Origin: Eledone cirrhosa
Taxonomy: Eukaryota
Length of the DNA stretch: 64,000 nucleotides
Assembly: GCA_964016885.1 (NCBI GenBank)
Contig: OZ024745.1
Location: forward strand, 47,368,001-47,432,000
Direction: 5' to 3'
Program-made: the position numbers and the translations under genes
Shown here: in pieces, positions 1 to 13,268 of the stretch
Numbering within the stretch: position 1 is the stretch's first letter
Layout of the letters: every line of letters begins with the position of its first letter
The notes under the pieces: generated by a model
Told to the model about the DNA's origin: nothing
Seen by the model: the letters and a program-made list of their open reading frames with translations, nothing else
Databases searched by the model: none

Positions 1-78
1 AAAATAAAATATTAGTCATTTGCTGGAGTCAATATAACGACTTCCTCCTCTCTCAAAATTGTCGACCTTGTGCCTAAA
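1..78 (+). mobile_element. 3' part of a tRNA-derived SINE (window starts inside it)
   Basis: Aligns by eye with SINE 3' ends elsewhere, e.g. 33001-33087 (aaataaagtacc...gatcttgtgcctaaattagaaac). Confidence 0.6.
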
Positions 79-977
79 CTGTTATTTCTAGCACATAACT
101 GGTCTTGTGCCTAAAGTAGAAACTGTTATTTCTAGCACATAACTGGTCTTGTGCCTAAAGTAGAAACTGTTATTTCTAGCACATAACTGGTCTTGTGCCT
201 AAAGTAGAAACTGTTATTTCTAGCACATAACTGGTCTTGTGCCTAAAGTAGAAACTGTTATTTCTAGCACATAACTGGTCTTGTGCCTAAAGTAGAAACT
301 GTTATTTCTAGCACATAACTGGTCTTGTGCCTAAAGTAGAAACTGTTATTTCTAGCACATAACTGGTCTTGTGCCTAAAGTAGAAACTGTTATTTCTAGC
401 ACATAACTGGTCTTGTGCCTAAAGTAGAAACTGTTATTTCTAGCACATAACTGGTCTTGTGCCTAAAGTAGAAACTGTTATTTCTAGCACATAACTGGTC
501 TTGTGCCTAAAGTAGAAACTGTTATTTCTAGCACATAACTGGTCTTGTGCCTAAAGTAGAAACTGTTATTTCTAGCACATAACTGGTCTTGTGCCTAAAG
601 TAGAAACTGTTATTTCTAGCACATAACTGGTCTTGTGCCTAAAGTAGAAACTGTTATTTCTAGCACATAACTGGTCTTGTGCCTAAAGTAGAAACTGTTA
701 TTTCTAGCACATAACTGGTCTTGTGCCTAAAGTAGAAACTGTTATTTCTAGCACATAACTGGTCTTGTGCCTAAAGTAGAAACTGTTATTTCTAGCACAT
801 AACTGGTCTTGTGCCTAAAGTAGAAACTGTTATTTCTAGCACATAACTGGTCTTGTGCCTAAAGTAGAAACTGTTATTTCTAGCACATAACTGGTCTTGT
901 GCCTAAAGTAGAAACTGTTATTTCTAGCACATAACTGGTCTTGTGCCTAAAGTAGAATCTGTTATTTCTAGCACATA
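77..977. repeat. 44-bp minisatellite, about 20.5 near-perfect copies
   Basis: Unit AACTGTTATTTCTAGCACATAACTGGTCTTGTGCCTAAAGTAGA; lines 121 and 781 are identical (660 = 15 x 44). Only the last copy shows a variant. Confidence 0.97.
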
Positions 978-1049
978 CCAAAAGGTTGGTTTATTAAAAC
1001 ATATTGTACATGTAAACATAATTTATATAATAAATATGATCAGGACAAA

Positions 1050-1234
1050 AAGCACCCAGTACTCACTGTAAATGAAGTTGGCGCTAGGAAGGGTATCCAG
1101 CTGTAGAAACTAAACCAAAATCGGTTCTGTATGAGCAAGACATGGTCACCTGTCCTGGCATTGCTCAAAAAAAGATAACTCATCTAACCCATGCCAGCGT
1201 GGAAACATGGATGTTAAATGGTGATGATGATGAT
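1050..1234 (+). mobile_element. Short RTE 3'-UTR-type repeat with (GAT)n tail
   Basis: aggaagggtatccagctgtagaaac...catgccagcgtggaaacatggatgttaaatggtgatgatgatgat, a family repeated many times in the window. Confidence 0.7.
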
Positions 1235-1340
1235 ACAAAAGAAGCATATCAATAGAAATTAATTAAAAATTAATAATTTTTTTTTAAATCAGCAAAGACA
1301 TGCACACTCAATTACAATTATTTTTCTTTTTTTTTAATAG

Positions 1341-1497
1341 CCATTGGTGACACCTTATTCCACTGCCAGTGATTCTGAAATTCTTGAAGATACTTCCTTT
1401 TACAAACAAGGCTCCAGACTTAGTATGTCTGCAAGTGAAGATGACCCGCCATCTGGAAGTAATACACCAAAACGTAGATTCAGTAGATTTCAGTTAG
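1341..1497 (+). CDS. unc80: UNC80-like internal exon (PLVTPYSTASDSEILED...TPKRRFSRFQL), phase 0-1
   Basis: Long polypyrimidine tract plus AG at 1339-1340, open frame of 157 nt, GT at 1498; phase matches the next exons. Assigned to UNC80 by phase continuity, not by a recognised motif. Confidence 0.7.
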
Positions 1498-1977
1498 GTA
1501 TATCCATTTATATATTTTGAATTCTGGCAGATTATTGCTAATTTTCTTTTGACAATTATATAACACAGATATCTGTGTTCCATTGTTGTTACTTTATATT
1601 CACAGATGCAGCCATCTTGATCTGTTTCCTGCCTTTTTCTATTTTTCTTTTAGAAATTATTTATAAAACCATTACAAGTATGTGAATTACTATTTATGTT
1701 ATTTTTGGGGTTGTCTATTCTTAATTGTTGTATTAATGATTTGTAATATATATTTCATTTCTTTCTTACTTTATATTATGGTTGAATAACTTGAAAGCAT
1801 TTTAGCCAGAATCTCATTATGAATTCCATTATTTCTGTAGGAGAAAATAGTCCTAATGACACTTGAAGATATTTATTTCTTAGACTTTTGTTTGCAGATA
1901 TATTTTGCTATTACTTTAGCTCATTTCTTTCCAGAACTTTACAAATTTTTTCAATGGAGATTTTACAGATTTTCTTC

Positions 1978-2557
<580 letters not shown>

Positions 2558-2770
2558 TTATAATGAAACAATTGTTTGGAAAGAGATATACTTTAACTTT
2601 AATTATATCTCATGAAATAATACAACTGGTTTTTCCACATTATACATATTGTTAGCACCCCAAACACTTAAATTGGGTTTATATTTAAATATAACCTAAT
2701 GTTTGTTGAGTGAGATGGTTACCAGTCAGAGTTTAGCTTTAAACTATCTCTGTTATTGTATTAAATATGT

Positions 2771-2804
<34 letters not shown>

Positions 2805-2874
2805 ATAAATATATATATACATGTATATACATATATATACATGATATATGTATATATAGATGTATATATATATC

Positions 2875-3150
2875 AAAAGTATAAATTGAGTTAGAAACTC
2901 AGAATAGACCCTTACAATTAAAATAACTCAAGGGAAAAATGTTCTGAGCCGTATAATATAATTTAATATAATAAAGATAAACACAGATATATACATATAT
3001 GTGTTCAAATTATAAGGGACCAGATTCGCTGTGGTGAATAGGATACTAACTATGAACAATAAGGTTTGCCAGACTCAATTAAAAGAATAAAATTAAAAAA
3101 ATAGAAAATCTGGTCCCTTATAATTTGAACACATATAAGTATAGATGTAT
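2875..3150. repeat. Fold-back element in a TA tract; 31-bp perfect arms 2996-3026 / 3107-3137
   Basis: tatatgtgttcaaattataagggaccagatt ... aatctggtcccttataatttgaacacatata. Confidence 0.8.
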
Positions 3151-3230
3151 GTATATATATATATACATATGTATGTGTGTGTATATATGTATATGTATGT
3201 ATGTATATATATATATATGTATATATATAT

Positions 3231-4315
3231 TATCATCATCATCATCTTACTTCCGCTTTTCCCTGCTTGCAAGGGTTGGCCGGGTCCTATTCAGCACAGC
3301 ATCTCTCCACTTGTCACGGTCCTTCGTTATCTCCTCCGTGAGTTTCAGCGATCTGAGGTCTGCTCTCACCACCTCCGCCCATGTTTTTCGTGGGTCTTCT
3401 GTATTACTGCGTGACGCCAGAGGTCAAAGTCATGTGCCATCCCCTTTGAGAGATCTAATTGGCTAAGGTCGGCTTTTATCACCTCATCCCAGCTCTTCTT
3501 GGGTCTCCCCACTCCTCGGTTTCCATTGACTTCTAGTGCTCTGCACCTTTTTATGCAGCTGTCATCCTTCACATGCATCACATGTCCATACCAACGCAAC
3601 CTCCTCTCCTGCACACAGCATTTAATTCCTCTTATGCTTAGTCTCTCTCTCAATTCGTTTATGCTTTGCCCTCGCGTATATTACTATTACACATCCATCA
3701 GAGCATGCAGGCTTCGTTTCTTTCTAATCTGCGCAAGTCTTCCACAGACAGTGCCCAAGTCTCACTACCATGTAACATTGCTGTTCGTATACACGCATCA
3801 TACAGTTTGCTTTTCATTTTGAGGGAAAAGCCTTTTGCAGCTAGCAGTGGCAGTAGCTCCCTGAACTTCTTCCATCCCGTTCTTACCCTAGTTATTGTAC
3901 TTTCCGAATATCCACCTCCGCTGTTAATTCGGTCACCTAGGTAGCAGAAGTTGTCTACTGTTTCTACAGAGCCCTCCCAGAGTTTGGTGGTACTTGTTTC
4001 CTGTGGCTGTTTGCTGCTTGCTGTCCCAGTACAGCTGCTGCATGTGAAGCCTACATTCTTAATTAAGCTTCCTGAGATCCCGCTACATCTCTTGTGTACC
4101 CATTGTTTGCATTTGGGGCAGAGAATGGAGTTCCTACCTACACCTTTCCTACATAATGAGCAAGGCCATTTTCCTGAGAGGATCTGGGTTCTGTTTTCTC
4201 GTCTACTTATAAGGACCTTAGTCTTTGTCAGGTTGACTTTGAGACCCTTTCTTTCTAGTCCCTGCTTCCAAGTTTGGAATTTCTTCTCTAGTTCTACCAA
4301 AACAATCTCTTCGGA
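3231..4315 (-). mobile_element. 5'-truncated RTE-clade LINE (RT C-terminus with PHD-like Cys cluster, (GAT)n tail)
   Basis: ORFs 3698-4315 and 3366-3653: GLKVNLTKTKV, FCYLGD, MLHGSETW, RRLRWYGHV; frameshift near 3690; (ATC)n at 3231 on the + strand; 5' break at (TA)n. Confidence 0.92.
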
Positions 4316-4374
4316 ATATATATATATATATATACATATATACATATACACACATATATATATATATATAATAA

Positions 4375-4421
4375 TGCATATGATGGCTGCCCCCTCGTTA
4401 TCGAGTATGGCCATTGCACGA
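4375..4421 (-). mobile_element. Probable detached 3' terminus of the RTE at 5411-8937
   Basis: Minus strand reads cgtgcaatggccatactcgataacgagggggcagccatcat, resembling RTE 3' ends; CACGA occurs at both 4417-4421 and 5411-5415. Confidence 0.45.
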
Positions 4422-4479
4422 GAAAAAAAACAAAAAAAAACCATAATAACAATAATAATAATAATAACAACAATAATAA

Positions 4480-5330
4480 TGATTTCTTTATTGGCCACAA
4501 GGGCTGACATCAAGAAAAACATTACAGACGGCACAGGACGGTACGATGTGGGTTTTGTGCGTGTAAATATTTTTATTATTTATATAAGAAAAGAAAAAAA
4601 AGGACATAGAAACATATATATAAACAATAAAAATGAAAATTGAAACAATGAAAAATTCCCCAATAGGGGGGAAACCTCTGAGGGTTACTCGTGGCGAAAA
4701 CCACACAAAAGACCACGGCCACCCTGACCACCAGGGCAAGCACCCTCTCTCAATTTTTCCATCTCTCAAACTACAGACGTATATTCAGAGTTCACTCGGA
4801 CCATTCTCACTACATTCACCCATCTTTCAACAAACTTGCTAGAAGGCAGCACTTGCCTCTCCACCCTGATTTTCCTCTTCAAGTGAAACTTGAAAAAGTT
4901 AATTAGGGATTCGCCGAAGAGGAAAGTGTCTGTCTTTAACCCTTTTAACCTTGTCCACCACACAATCTCTTTCGCCATGGCGACCAGGCAGATGAAAACC
5001 GCCTGCCCTTCCTCCTCGAAGGAAGACGGCGAGACCATCTGCACAATGGACTCAGTCGACAACCGGATCAGTCCTACACGCGACAGCAACTGTTCGACAT
5101 AGCTCCACAAGTCAGCAATGCTCGGGCATTGAACGAGTGCGTGCACGACGGTTTCATCGCTATGCACACATCTCGGACAGGCTCGGCTGACGGCACTTCC
5201 GTGCCTGTAGAGCTTATCTCAAACCGGCAGCGCTCCCCGGTAGCACTGCCAGGCCAGGGATTTTTGGAAGTTATCCATAGGCCCCGGTCTCAAAGTTCTC
5301 CAGAAGAAAGCAAACAGCTGATCTTCTTCG
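4480..5330 (-). mobile_element. L1-clade (Tx1-like) LINE 3' fragment in an (AAT)n tract
   Basis: ORF2 C-terminus WQCYRGALPV*DKLYRHG...CPRC..SDETVVHALVQC (CCHC knuckle); T-rich 3' UTR ending AATAAA then (ATT)n; (AAT/AAC)n on both flanks. Confidence 0.8.
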
Positions 5331-5410
5331 ATAATAATGACAACAACAACAATAATAATATACATATATATATACACACACATGCACACACATAAACATA
5401 TCTATACACA

Positions 5411-8400
5411 CACGATAGCAATTAACAGCGCTGCGATCGAATGTGGCTTTTTAGCCCAGCCAATGATCTAAAATGTCTTGCACAGAGTCGGCAACCAAAA
5501 CATTCACTGGGAATAGCCGGCTGTGGTTGGAGTTCATGTACTTTTGCATGTCGTTTGAGCCCTCCTGCTGATTTACATTCTTTACAATATGCTTGGCAAG
5601 CATGATGAGTAGCATCTCCAACAGCAGCCTGGTAGTCAACCACTGGTCTTACTTTATGAGTGCAAAGATGACTTTCGAGTCCAGCTTTACTTAGGCAGAG
5701 TCTCGCACAGACGCTACATGTCAGCACCATAGGAGGACCTTTGCCGTCTGGAAGTGCAACAGCAATGCCCTTCCTCACATCCCGCTTTACTTTCTCGTAT
5801 GCGATTCGAGATGCCTCAAAGGCAACTTTTCCCTCATATACAGTCTTTCTCCATTTATTACGATCAGCAGCAACATTTTCCCATGTATCAGCAGAGATGT
5901 TAGCGTCTTTCAAAGAGGCTTTCAAGGAATTCTTATACCTCTTTTTTGGTTTATGTGGCGGTCGTTTTCCTTTAACTAACTCCCCATAAAAGAGTTGTTT
6001 TGGTATTCTAGAATCCTTCATCCTGGCAAGGTGACCACTCCAACGGAGATGTTGCTTAAGCACAAGAGCTTCTATACTGTCACACATAGAGCTTTCCAAA
6101 ATCTCGACATCACTGATGTGGTCCCTCCAGTGAACGCCATGGATCCGTCTGAGACACATCTGATGGAAACGCTCCAATTGCTTAAGGTGGTGTCGATATG
6201 TGACCCAGGTCTCGCAGGCATAAAGAAGAGAAGAGAGCACACATGCCTTGTACACCTTTACCTTTGTCTTCTTGCATATGTCTCGCTGACCCCAGAGTCG
6301 CTTTTCTAGCTTTCCGAAAGCATCACTTGCTTTCCTAATCCTGAGTGGGATTTCATTATCAAGGTTGCTGTATCGATTGACAGTGCTTGCCAGGTAGACA
6401 AACTGATCAACCACTCCAAGTTGTTTACCATACACGTAGATATTTGGTTCACTGTACTGCTTACCAGGGGCAGGTTGGTACATTACGACGGTTTTCTTGA
6501 GACTGACAGTCAATCCTAGAGCAGTGCAAGCATCAGAAAATACATTCAAAATGTGCTGCATATCACTCTCTGTGTGCGCTACAAGATCGCAATCATCTGC
6601 ATACAAGAGGTCTCTTATGATTGATGTAAATAGTTTTGTTTTGCAGCAAAGCGCCTGATGTTAAATATGCTGCCTGAGGTTCGATATCGGATGTAAACAC
6701 CATGCTCGCAACTCCTGAATACAATATAGAAAGTATATGGCAAACAGGGTTGGTGCTGGAATATCCCCCTGTTTCACACCATTTTTTACTGAGATAGGCT
6801 CCGACATATTACCTCCGACATTAACCCAAGCCTTCATGTCGTCATGGAAAGACCTAACTAAAGCAAGGAACTTATCAGGGCAACCTGGAGAACCTTCCAT
6901 AATGCATCTCTGTTGACAGTATCGAAAGCCTTTGTCAGATCGACAAAAACCTGATACAGATCCAAACCTTGTTCCATGCACTTCTCCTGGAGCTGTCTAG
7001 CTGAGAAGATCATATCAGTAGTGCCGCATCCAGCACGAAAACCAGATTGACTTTCAGGAAGAACACAATCTGCAATGTGTGTCAGCAGACGGTCCAGAAG
7101 CACCCTACATAAAACTTTCCCTACGACAGAAAGCAATGATATACTTCTGTAGTTCCCATAATCATTCCTGTTACCCTTTCCCTTGTACAAGACCACCATT
7201 ACTGCATCCCTCCAGTCCTCAGGTACGGATTCATTAGCCCATATCCTGCCAAACAAAGAGTGAAGATGTTGCAGGAGTCTCTCACCACCATATTGTAGGA
7301 GCTCAGCATGTATGCCATCCATACCTGGAGACCTTCCACTGTTCAGCTTCGAGATAGCCACTGCAACCTCCACAAGCGTCGGAGGTTCTGCGAGAGCTAC
7401 TTTCACAGGACTTTCTGGAATGAGATTGAGGAAATCTTCATTGACGACAGATGGCTGATTCAAAAGATCATCAAAGTGCTCTCGCCACCTTTGTAGAATT
7501 CCTTGTGAGTCACGAAGAAGTTCTTTGCTGCGAAGCAGTGTCACCAGAGAAGAAGACGGTCCATAAATTTCACGCAAGAGACTGTACAACAGCTTTGTGT
7601 TATTGGAATCTGACGCAGTTTGTATCTCATCAGCCTTCTCACTCCACCACTGATTCTTCATCTGAGAAAGACTCCGCCTAACACGTGATTTCACATCCTT
7701 GAGTTCCTTATGCAACATATTCTTCTCCTGTGGTTTTGCCATCAAGTAGCGTGACAGAGTACACCTCTTATCAGCCAACGAGTCTTCTATATGTTCATCA
7801 TTTTCATTAAACCAGTCTTGATGTTTTCTCTGCACCAATCCCAGAACACGCCTGCCTACATCATAAACCAACTTTTTAAGGGTCGGCCAATCCTCACCAA
7901 GATCTGCAACCTGCATCTCTTCTTGCAATGTCCTCTTCACATTTTTATCCTTAAGACGAGCAGCATTCAATTTTCTGGGCAGGGCAACACCAGGAGCCCG
8001 GATTTTACGTTTAGTGATTAGTTTCACTTTTGCGCGTACCAGGCGGTGGTCCATCCAGCACTCAGCTCCACGAAGAGCACGAACACACTGCACATCCTGT
8101 CTGTCACGCATCCTGACTAGGACGTAGTCCAAAAGATGCCATTCCTTAGATGCAGGATGCATCCATGTGGTCTTAAATTTGTTCTTTTGTTGGAACATGG
8201 TGTTGGTAACACAGATCCAGCTCCTTACACATCTGCAGCAGGAGCATACCATTGTTGTTACACTTTCACACCCCATGCCTTCCGATTACATTCCATGTGT
8301 TAGAATCCCTACCCACTCTAGCATTAAAGTCACCAAGCACGATGACTTTGTCTGCTTGAGGGATATTTCTTAAAACACCTTTCAAGGCATGGTAAAAGGA

Positions 8401-8937
8401 CACTTTTTCTTCATCGACAGAATTCATAGTTGGAGCATACACACTCACCAGGGTCGCATATCTTCCTTTGTCCAGCGGAATTCTCATGGACATAAGACAC
8501 TCACTAATCCCTACTGGGAATTCTTCTAATTTATTCACAAGAACAGTCTCAACAGCAAATGCTACCCTAGCCTCTCTTCTGGTTCCTTCATCTCTTCCTT
8601 TCCAGAAGAATGTATATTCTCCACAAAATTCTGTAAGATGACCATCTCCAGCTAACCTCGTCTCAGATAAAGCCACGATGTCAAGATCGTAAGGTCGAAG
8701 CTCCTTTGCAACGAGAGCGGTCCTTCGTTCAGGACGTTCCAAGGAATCCCTGTCAAGCAGCGTCCGTACGTTCCAGCAGCCAAGACTAAATGCCTTGTTT
8801 GGCTCTATTACAGTGGCACGATGACGAGCGGGCCCAGGCTGTGATAACCTGGAGACCCTGCCCTTATTGCCAACCATCTCCCTTGTTCCAGAACCTTTAC
8901 TGCCAATTATCTCTTTTATATTGTTTTGGAATATCAT
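5411..8937 (-). mobile_element. Near full-length RTE (BovB-like) LINE: APE endonuclease, RT and three C-terminal C2H2 fingers; several frameshifts
   Basis: GCWNVRTLLDR, PERRTALVAKEL, ALSETRL, LGDFNARVG (APE); YRSISLLS, QSGFRAG, FVDLTKAFDTV, GVKQGD, YADD (RT); HLRWSGH; CxxC...HxxxH fingers. Confidence 0.95.
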
Positions 8938-9493
8938 TGAATTGGAAAAAAAAAAAAAAGTAATAATAATAGTAACAATAATAATAATAATACACTATTA
9001 ATAATTATTAATTAATGCAATCGTGCAATGTCTGTGCGTGACGAATATTTTTAAAGTGAGGAAAGACTGTGCACTGAGCCAATCCCACTCTCTGAGCAAC
9101 AGTAGCTATAACCCAAAAAGAAGAAAAGATCAACATCATCGGTAACTACTGAACCGCAGGTTTTATGTCGGAGTTAACCCAGTTTCCTGAGATGCCTTCT
9201 CCTAGAAGAATGCATATATATACATATATACATATATATACATATATATACATATATACATATATACATACCTCTCTCCTCACCTGTCCCAGCCCTAACA
9301 AACCCTGCCATTATTATGTATATATTTTCTATTCATTTCTCATGGGATTGGCTTGTTTACTCTGTATTTCTTTTTCATATCTGTGGGAAAAATATTTTTA
9401 AATGTCGAAAATATATTTTATGTAATTTGAACAAATCCTTTAATTTATTATTTTGTTAGTTGTTAAAAATTAACAAAAAGCAGTATCTTGCTT

Positions 9494-9598
9494 CCCGCCG
9501 AGGTTGACTTTGCCTTTCATCCTTACGGGGTCGATAAAATAAAGTACCAGTAATGCACTGGGTAATTGCTGGCCTTGTGTCTAAAGTAGAAACAATTA
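9494..9598 (+). mobile_element. 5'-truncated tRNA-derived SINE
   Basis: gaggttgactttgcctttcatccttacggggtcgataaaataaagtaccag core, near-identical to the copies at 30257 and 46980. Confidence 0.85.
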
Positions 9599-9877
9599 TG
9601 ACAAAAATAGAAAGAGGCATGTGATATTTTATATTATGAGTGAACTAAAAGTGATTATAATGTTACAATGTGTATTATTTTTTGATAACTTGAATTTTTA
9701 TTTAGATAAGGTATATAGATAACCAGTCTTGTAATTTATCTATAAAATATAAATAAAGATAAAGAAATAAAATGAGGTTTGATAAAACAGATTAACAGCA
9801 AATACTTCACCTGGTTTTGGTCAAAAACATGTCAAGGCTGGTTTTTAAAGTACTTCGGTACAATATATATTTATAAA

Positions 9878-10140
9878 AGCGGTGAATTAGCAGAGTCGTT
9901 AGAATGTCAGATAGAATGCTTTATGGTATTCATACTGGCTCTCTGCTCTTAAATCCCGCAGAGGTCAACTTTGCCTTTCATCCTTTCAAGGTCGATAAAA
10001 AAAGTAAGAGTTTAGTACTGGCATCAATCCTTCCTCTCTCTGGAAGAAATCTGCTGTATTTAGGCTTGGAGAGGGATGGGCTCCACCAGGCTTAAAATGC
10101 CCAATATGGTGTCCCTGCGATTCTATCAAGAGTTGGAGGA
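9878..10140 (+). mobile_element. tRNA-derived SINE, alternative-tail subfamily
   Basis: Head ggtgaattagcagagtcgttagaatgtcag, same core, then ctggaagaaatctgctgta...ggctccaccagg tail also seen at about 29330, 31340 and 50940. Confidence 0.75.
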
Positions 10141-10902
10141 CCATAGTCTACAATATGTCAGAATAAGTAGTCAGAAAATATCAGAGTTACTGTGCTGCTT
10201 CAAACAATAGGATTGATCACTCTACAGATATAGATCTGTTTGATCAATGATTTTGATCTAATAACAAAAAACAACGATTAACTTCCTAGTTTTATATAAT
10301 TTTATTTCCCTATATGTCATATACAAAAATAAGAATAGCTTCATTAATTGCTATTTTTATGTCTAGATGACTATTTATTTTTATATTTAAATTTTATTTT
10401 ACTATAGTACACACATATTCACACAATTACTATTAGTTCTTCATTTATATCAATGCACACACATGAACATACACACACACAAACATATGCATAGACACAT
10501 CACCATCATACTTATTATATGTATGTTTTCCACACTGACATGTGTTGCACAGGATGTTAAAGTCCAAAATATATAACCACATCTTGCTCATACATTCCCT
10601 ATTTTGACATTCTTTCTATGGCTGGAACCCTTATTGAAACCAGCCACTTTACAGATTGTACTGTGCATTTTACCATAGCACCAGCATTTAACTTTTACAG
10701 GATGTTCTGAGTACATTTTATCAAGACACAAACACTAACTTTTCCAGAGTGTACTAGACACATTTAATGATAGTACCAGCACTGAGAGATTGTCATATGC
10801 ATGGCAATTAAAATACCTTCCATCCTGACTTCAGCTAACACACTTAATGAAATATGTACACATTCAATCCTGAAAACAAGAAAAACAAAACCAAAAAGCA
10901 AC

Positions 10903-10950
<48 letters not shown>

Positions 10951-11327
10951 AAGATGAATATAAAATGAAAGTGCTTTTTTTAAAAAAAAGGAATTTATTA
11001 GGTATTGACATATGTTTCTGTAACAGACGGAATACCTATGTATCGCTGCTTGCGTAATCATATAATGTTAGCAAGTATTCGATAGCAAATGTATAATCAG
11101 TTGTCACTTCTTCAGAGATTTTGGATAAATTGGAAAAAATCAGAAAAATTGAAGTATTTATATTAGTTGTAATAGAGGAAGAAGAGAGGGGATAGTATAT
11201 GACAGATGGTAATTCAATTTACTGTTAAACAAGTATATAAAGGGTTTCTAATGAGAATACAATATAACGTAACGATATATTATCACTACATTATTGATAA
11301 CCTGAAATTTATATATATATATATATA

Positions 11328-11530
11328 TCATCATCATTTTACGTCCGCTTTCCCTGCTTGCAAGGGTGGGACGGGAACTGATTCTGGCTTGATTTCTACA
11401 GCTGGATGCCCTTCCTAACACCAACCTCATTTACAGTGAGTGCTGGGTGCTTTTTTGCCGTGGTACCTCCACGACCACTTTACAGTGGAATGATAGGGAC
11501 TCCTGTCCTATCATCTAATTTCTACAGCTG
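11328..11530 (-). mobile_element. RTE 3'-UTR-type repeat
   Basis: catcatcattttacgtccgctttccctgcttgc...tttctacagctggatgcccttcctaacacc. Confidence 0.75.
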
Positions 11531-11638
11531 AGTAAACTGGAGCAATGTGAAATAAAGTGTCTTGTTCAAGGAAACAACACATCACCCAGTCTGAGAATTG
11601 AACTCACAACCTTTCGATTGCAAGGCCAATGCTCTAAC
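11525..11638 (-). mobile_element. tRNA-headed CORE-like SINE fragment
   Basis: Minus strand: gttagagcattggcc...gagttcaattc (B box)...ccttgaacaagacactttatttcacattgctccag; homologous to 51305-51433 and 44690-44770. Confidence 0.75.
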
Positions 11639-12204
11639 ATATATATATATATACACACTGCAGTATGCTATGAAAATGTAAATAAATGTGAAAACATTTT
11701 ATATATTTTTCATACACAGAAAATTGGAGGGATTGTCTTTACATGTTTCACAAACAATTAACTACTCATTAGAAGACGCATACCTTTATTCTTCCACCAA
11801 TGTAAAGAGTTCAAGCTAATTAGGATTTATATCAAACACAACCCATAACTTCATTGAAATGGCTAGTCTCATTTGCATAATGTGCATTTGCTTGGCAAAA
11901 TAATTAAGTAATAATCATGTCTTCTGATGAACGGGTGACTAATCTTAGTATGAGTGTTGGGGGATCTGAGAAATTAATAAGTGGGGTGATTGCATGTAAA
12001 CACAATCTGTACATATATATATGTGTGTGGGTGTGTGTGTGTGTATAACCTCATCATCATTATCTACATTTAATATACATATATCATTATTTTTATGTCA
12101 GCTTTTCTCTGATGGTACGTTAGATGAAACTCCTTATATATATATATATATATGTACATATATATACATATATATATATGTACATATATACACACACACA
12201 CATA

Positions 12205-13268
12205 TATCATCATCATCATCATCATCATCATCATCGTTTAACGTCCACATTCCATGCTTGCATGGGTTTGGACGGGAGTTTTCCCACTTGAGGCAAGAGT
12301 GGTTGTCTTGCTCGCATAGGACTGTCTGACGGGTTTTCTACGGCTGGATGCTCTTCCTGACACCAACCACATTTACAGTGTGGAACTGGGAGGTTTTTAC
12401 CGTGTTACCTACACGGCCACATTACAGCGTGGACTGTGTGTTTTTTTGTCGTGACACCTACACGATCTCATTTGTTTCGGGCTGGATGTTGTGGTACCAA
12501 CATAACTTTACATTGAAAGGGGTGGTGTGGATGGGGTGGGGGTGTATTTTGTTAGAGGTGCCTACTGACTGTAGTAGGTTTCACTTTGTACTTAGGTAAG
12601 GCGGGTCTTCTCTATTACTGTGTAGCGCCAAAGGTCTCGGTCCAGTGACATTGTCTTGGAGAGGTGTAAGTGTGTGAGGTCGGAATTTATCAAGTCATCC
12701 CAGGTTTTTCTGGGTCTGCCTACTCCGTGGCTACCGTCTATTTTTATTGCCCTGCTCTTTTTTATACAGCTGTCGTCTTTCATGCGCATCACGTGACCAT
12801 ACCAACGTAGTCTTCTCTCGAGTAAACAACATCTGATCCCTCTTATTTCTAATTTTTCCCTTAGTTCGTTTATACTTTGCCGTTCACGTATATTACTATT
12901 ACACATCCAGCGGAGCAAGCAAGCTTCGTTCCTCTCCAGCCTGCATATATCTTCTTCACACAATGCCCAGGTCTCACTGCCATGCAACATTGCTGTTCGT
13001 ATGCAGGCATCATGCAGCCTGCCTTTCATTTTTAGGGAGAACCGTTTAGCGGCTAATAGTGGTATAAGCTCTCTGAACTTTTTCCATCCAGTTCTGACTC
13101 TAGCTACTGCACTTTCAGAGCACCCTCTCCCACTGCTGATTTTGTCACCCAGGTAACGGAAGCTGTCCACTATTTCTATAGAACCATCTGTGCAATGGAG
13201 TGAGCTAGTATTTTGTGGGCACTTGCTGCTACTTATTGCACCAGAGCACCGGCTACATGTAAAATCTA
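12205..13268 (-). mobile_element. 5'-truncated RTE LINE with complete 3' UTR and (GAT)n tail
   Basis: ORF 12592-13170 (FRYLGD, MLHGSETW, RRLRWYGHV) runs directly into the 3'-UTR repeat, linking that abundant repeat to this LINE family. Confidence 0.92.

Noticed and set aside
77-977. CRISPR-like array
   Set aside because: Units are identical head-to-tail with no unique spacers, there are no cas genes, and the context is a eukaryotic intron.
3951-4643. + strand ORFs overlapping LINEs (also 5741-8373, 59717-60181, and minus-strand ORFs at 62527-63848)
   Set aside because: Antisense shadows of retroelement ORFs.
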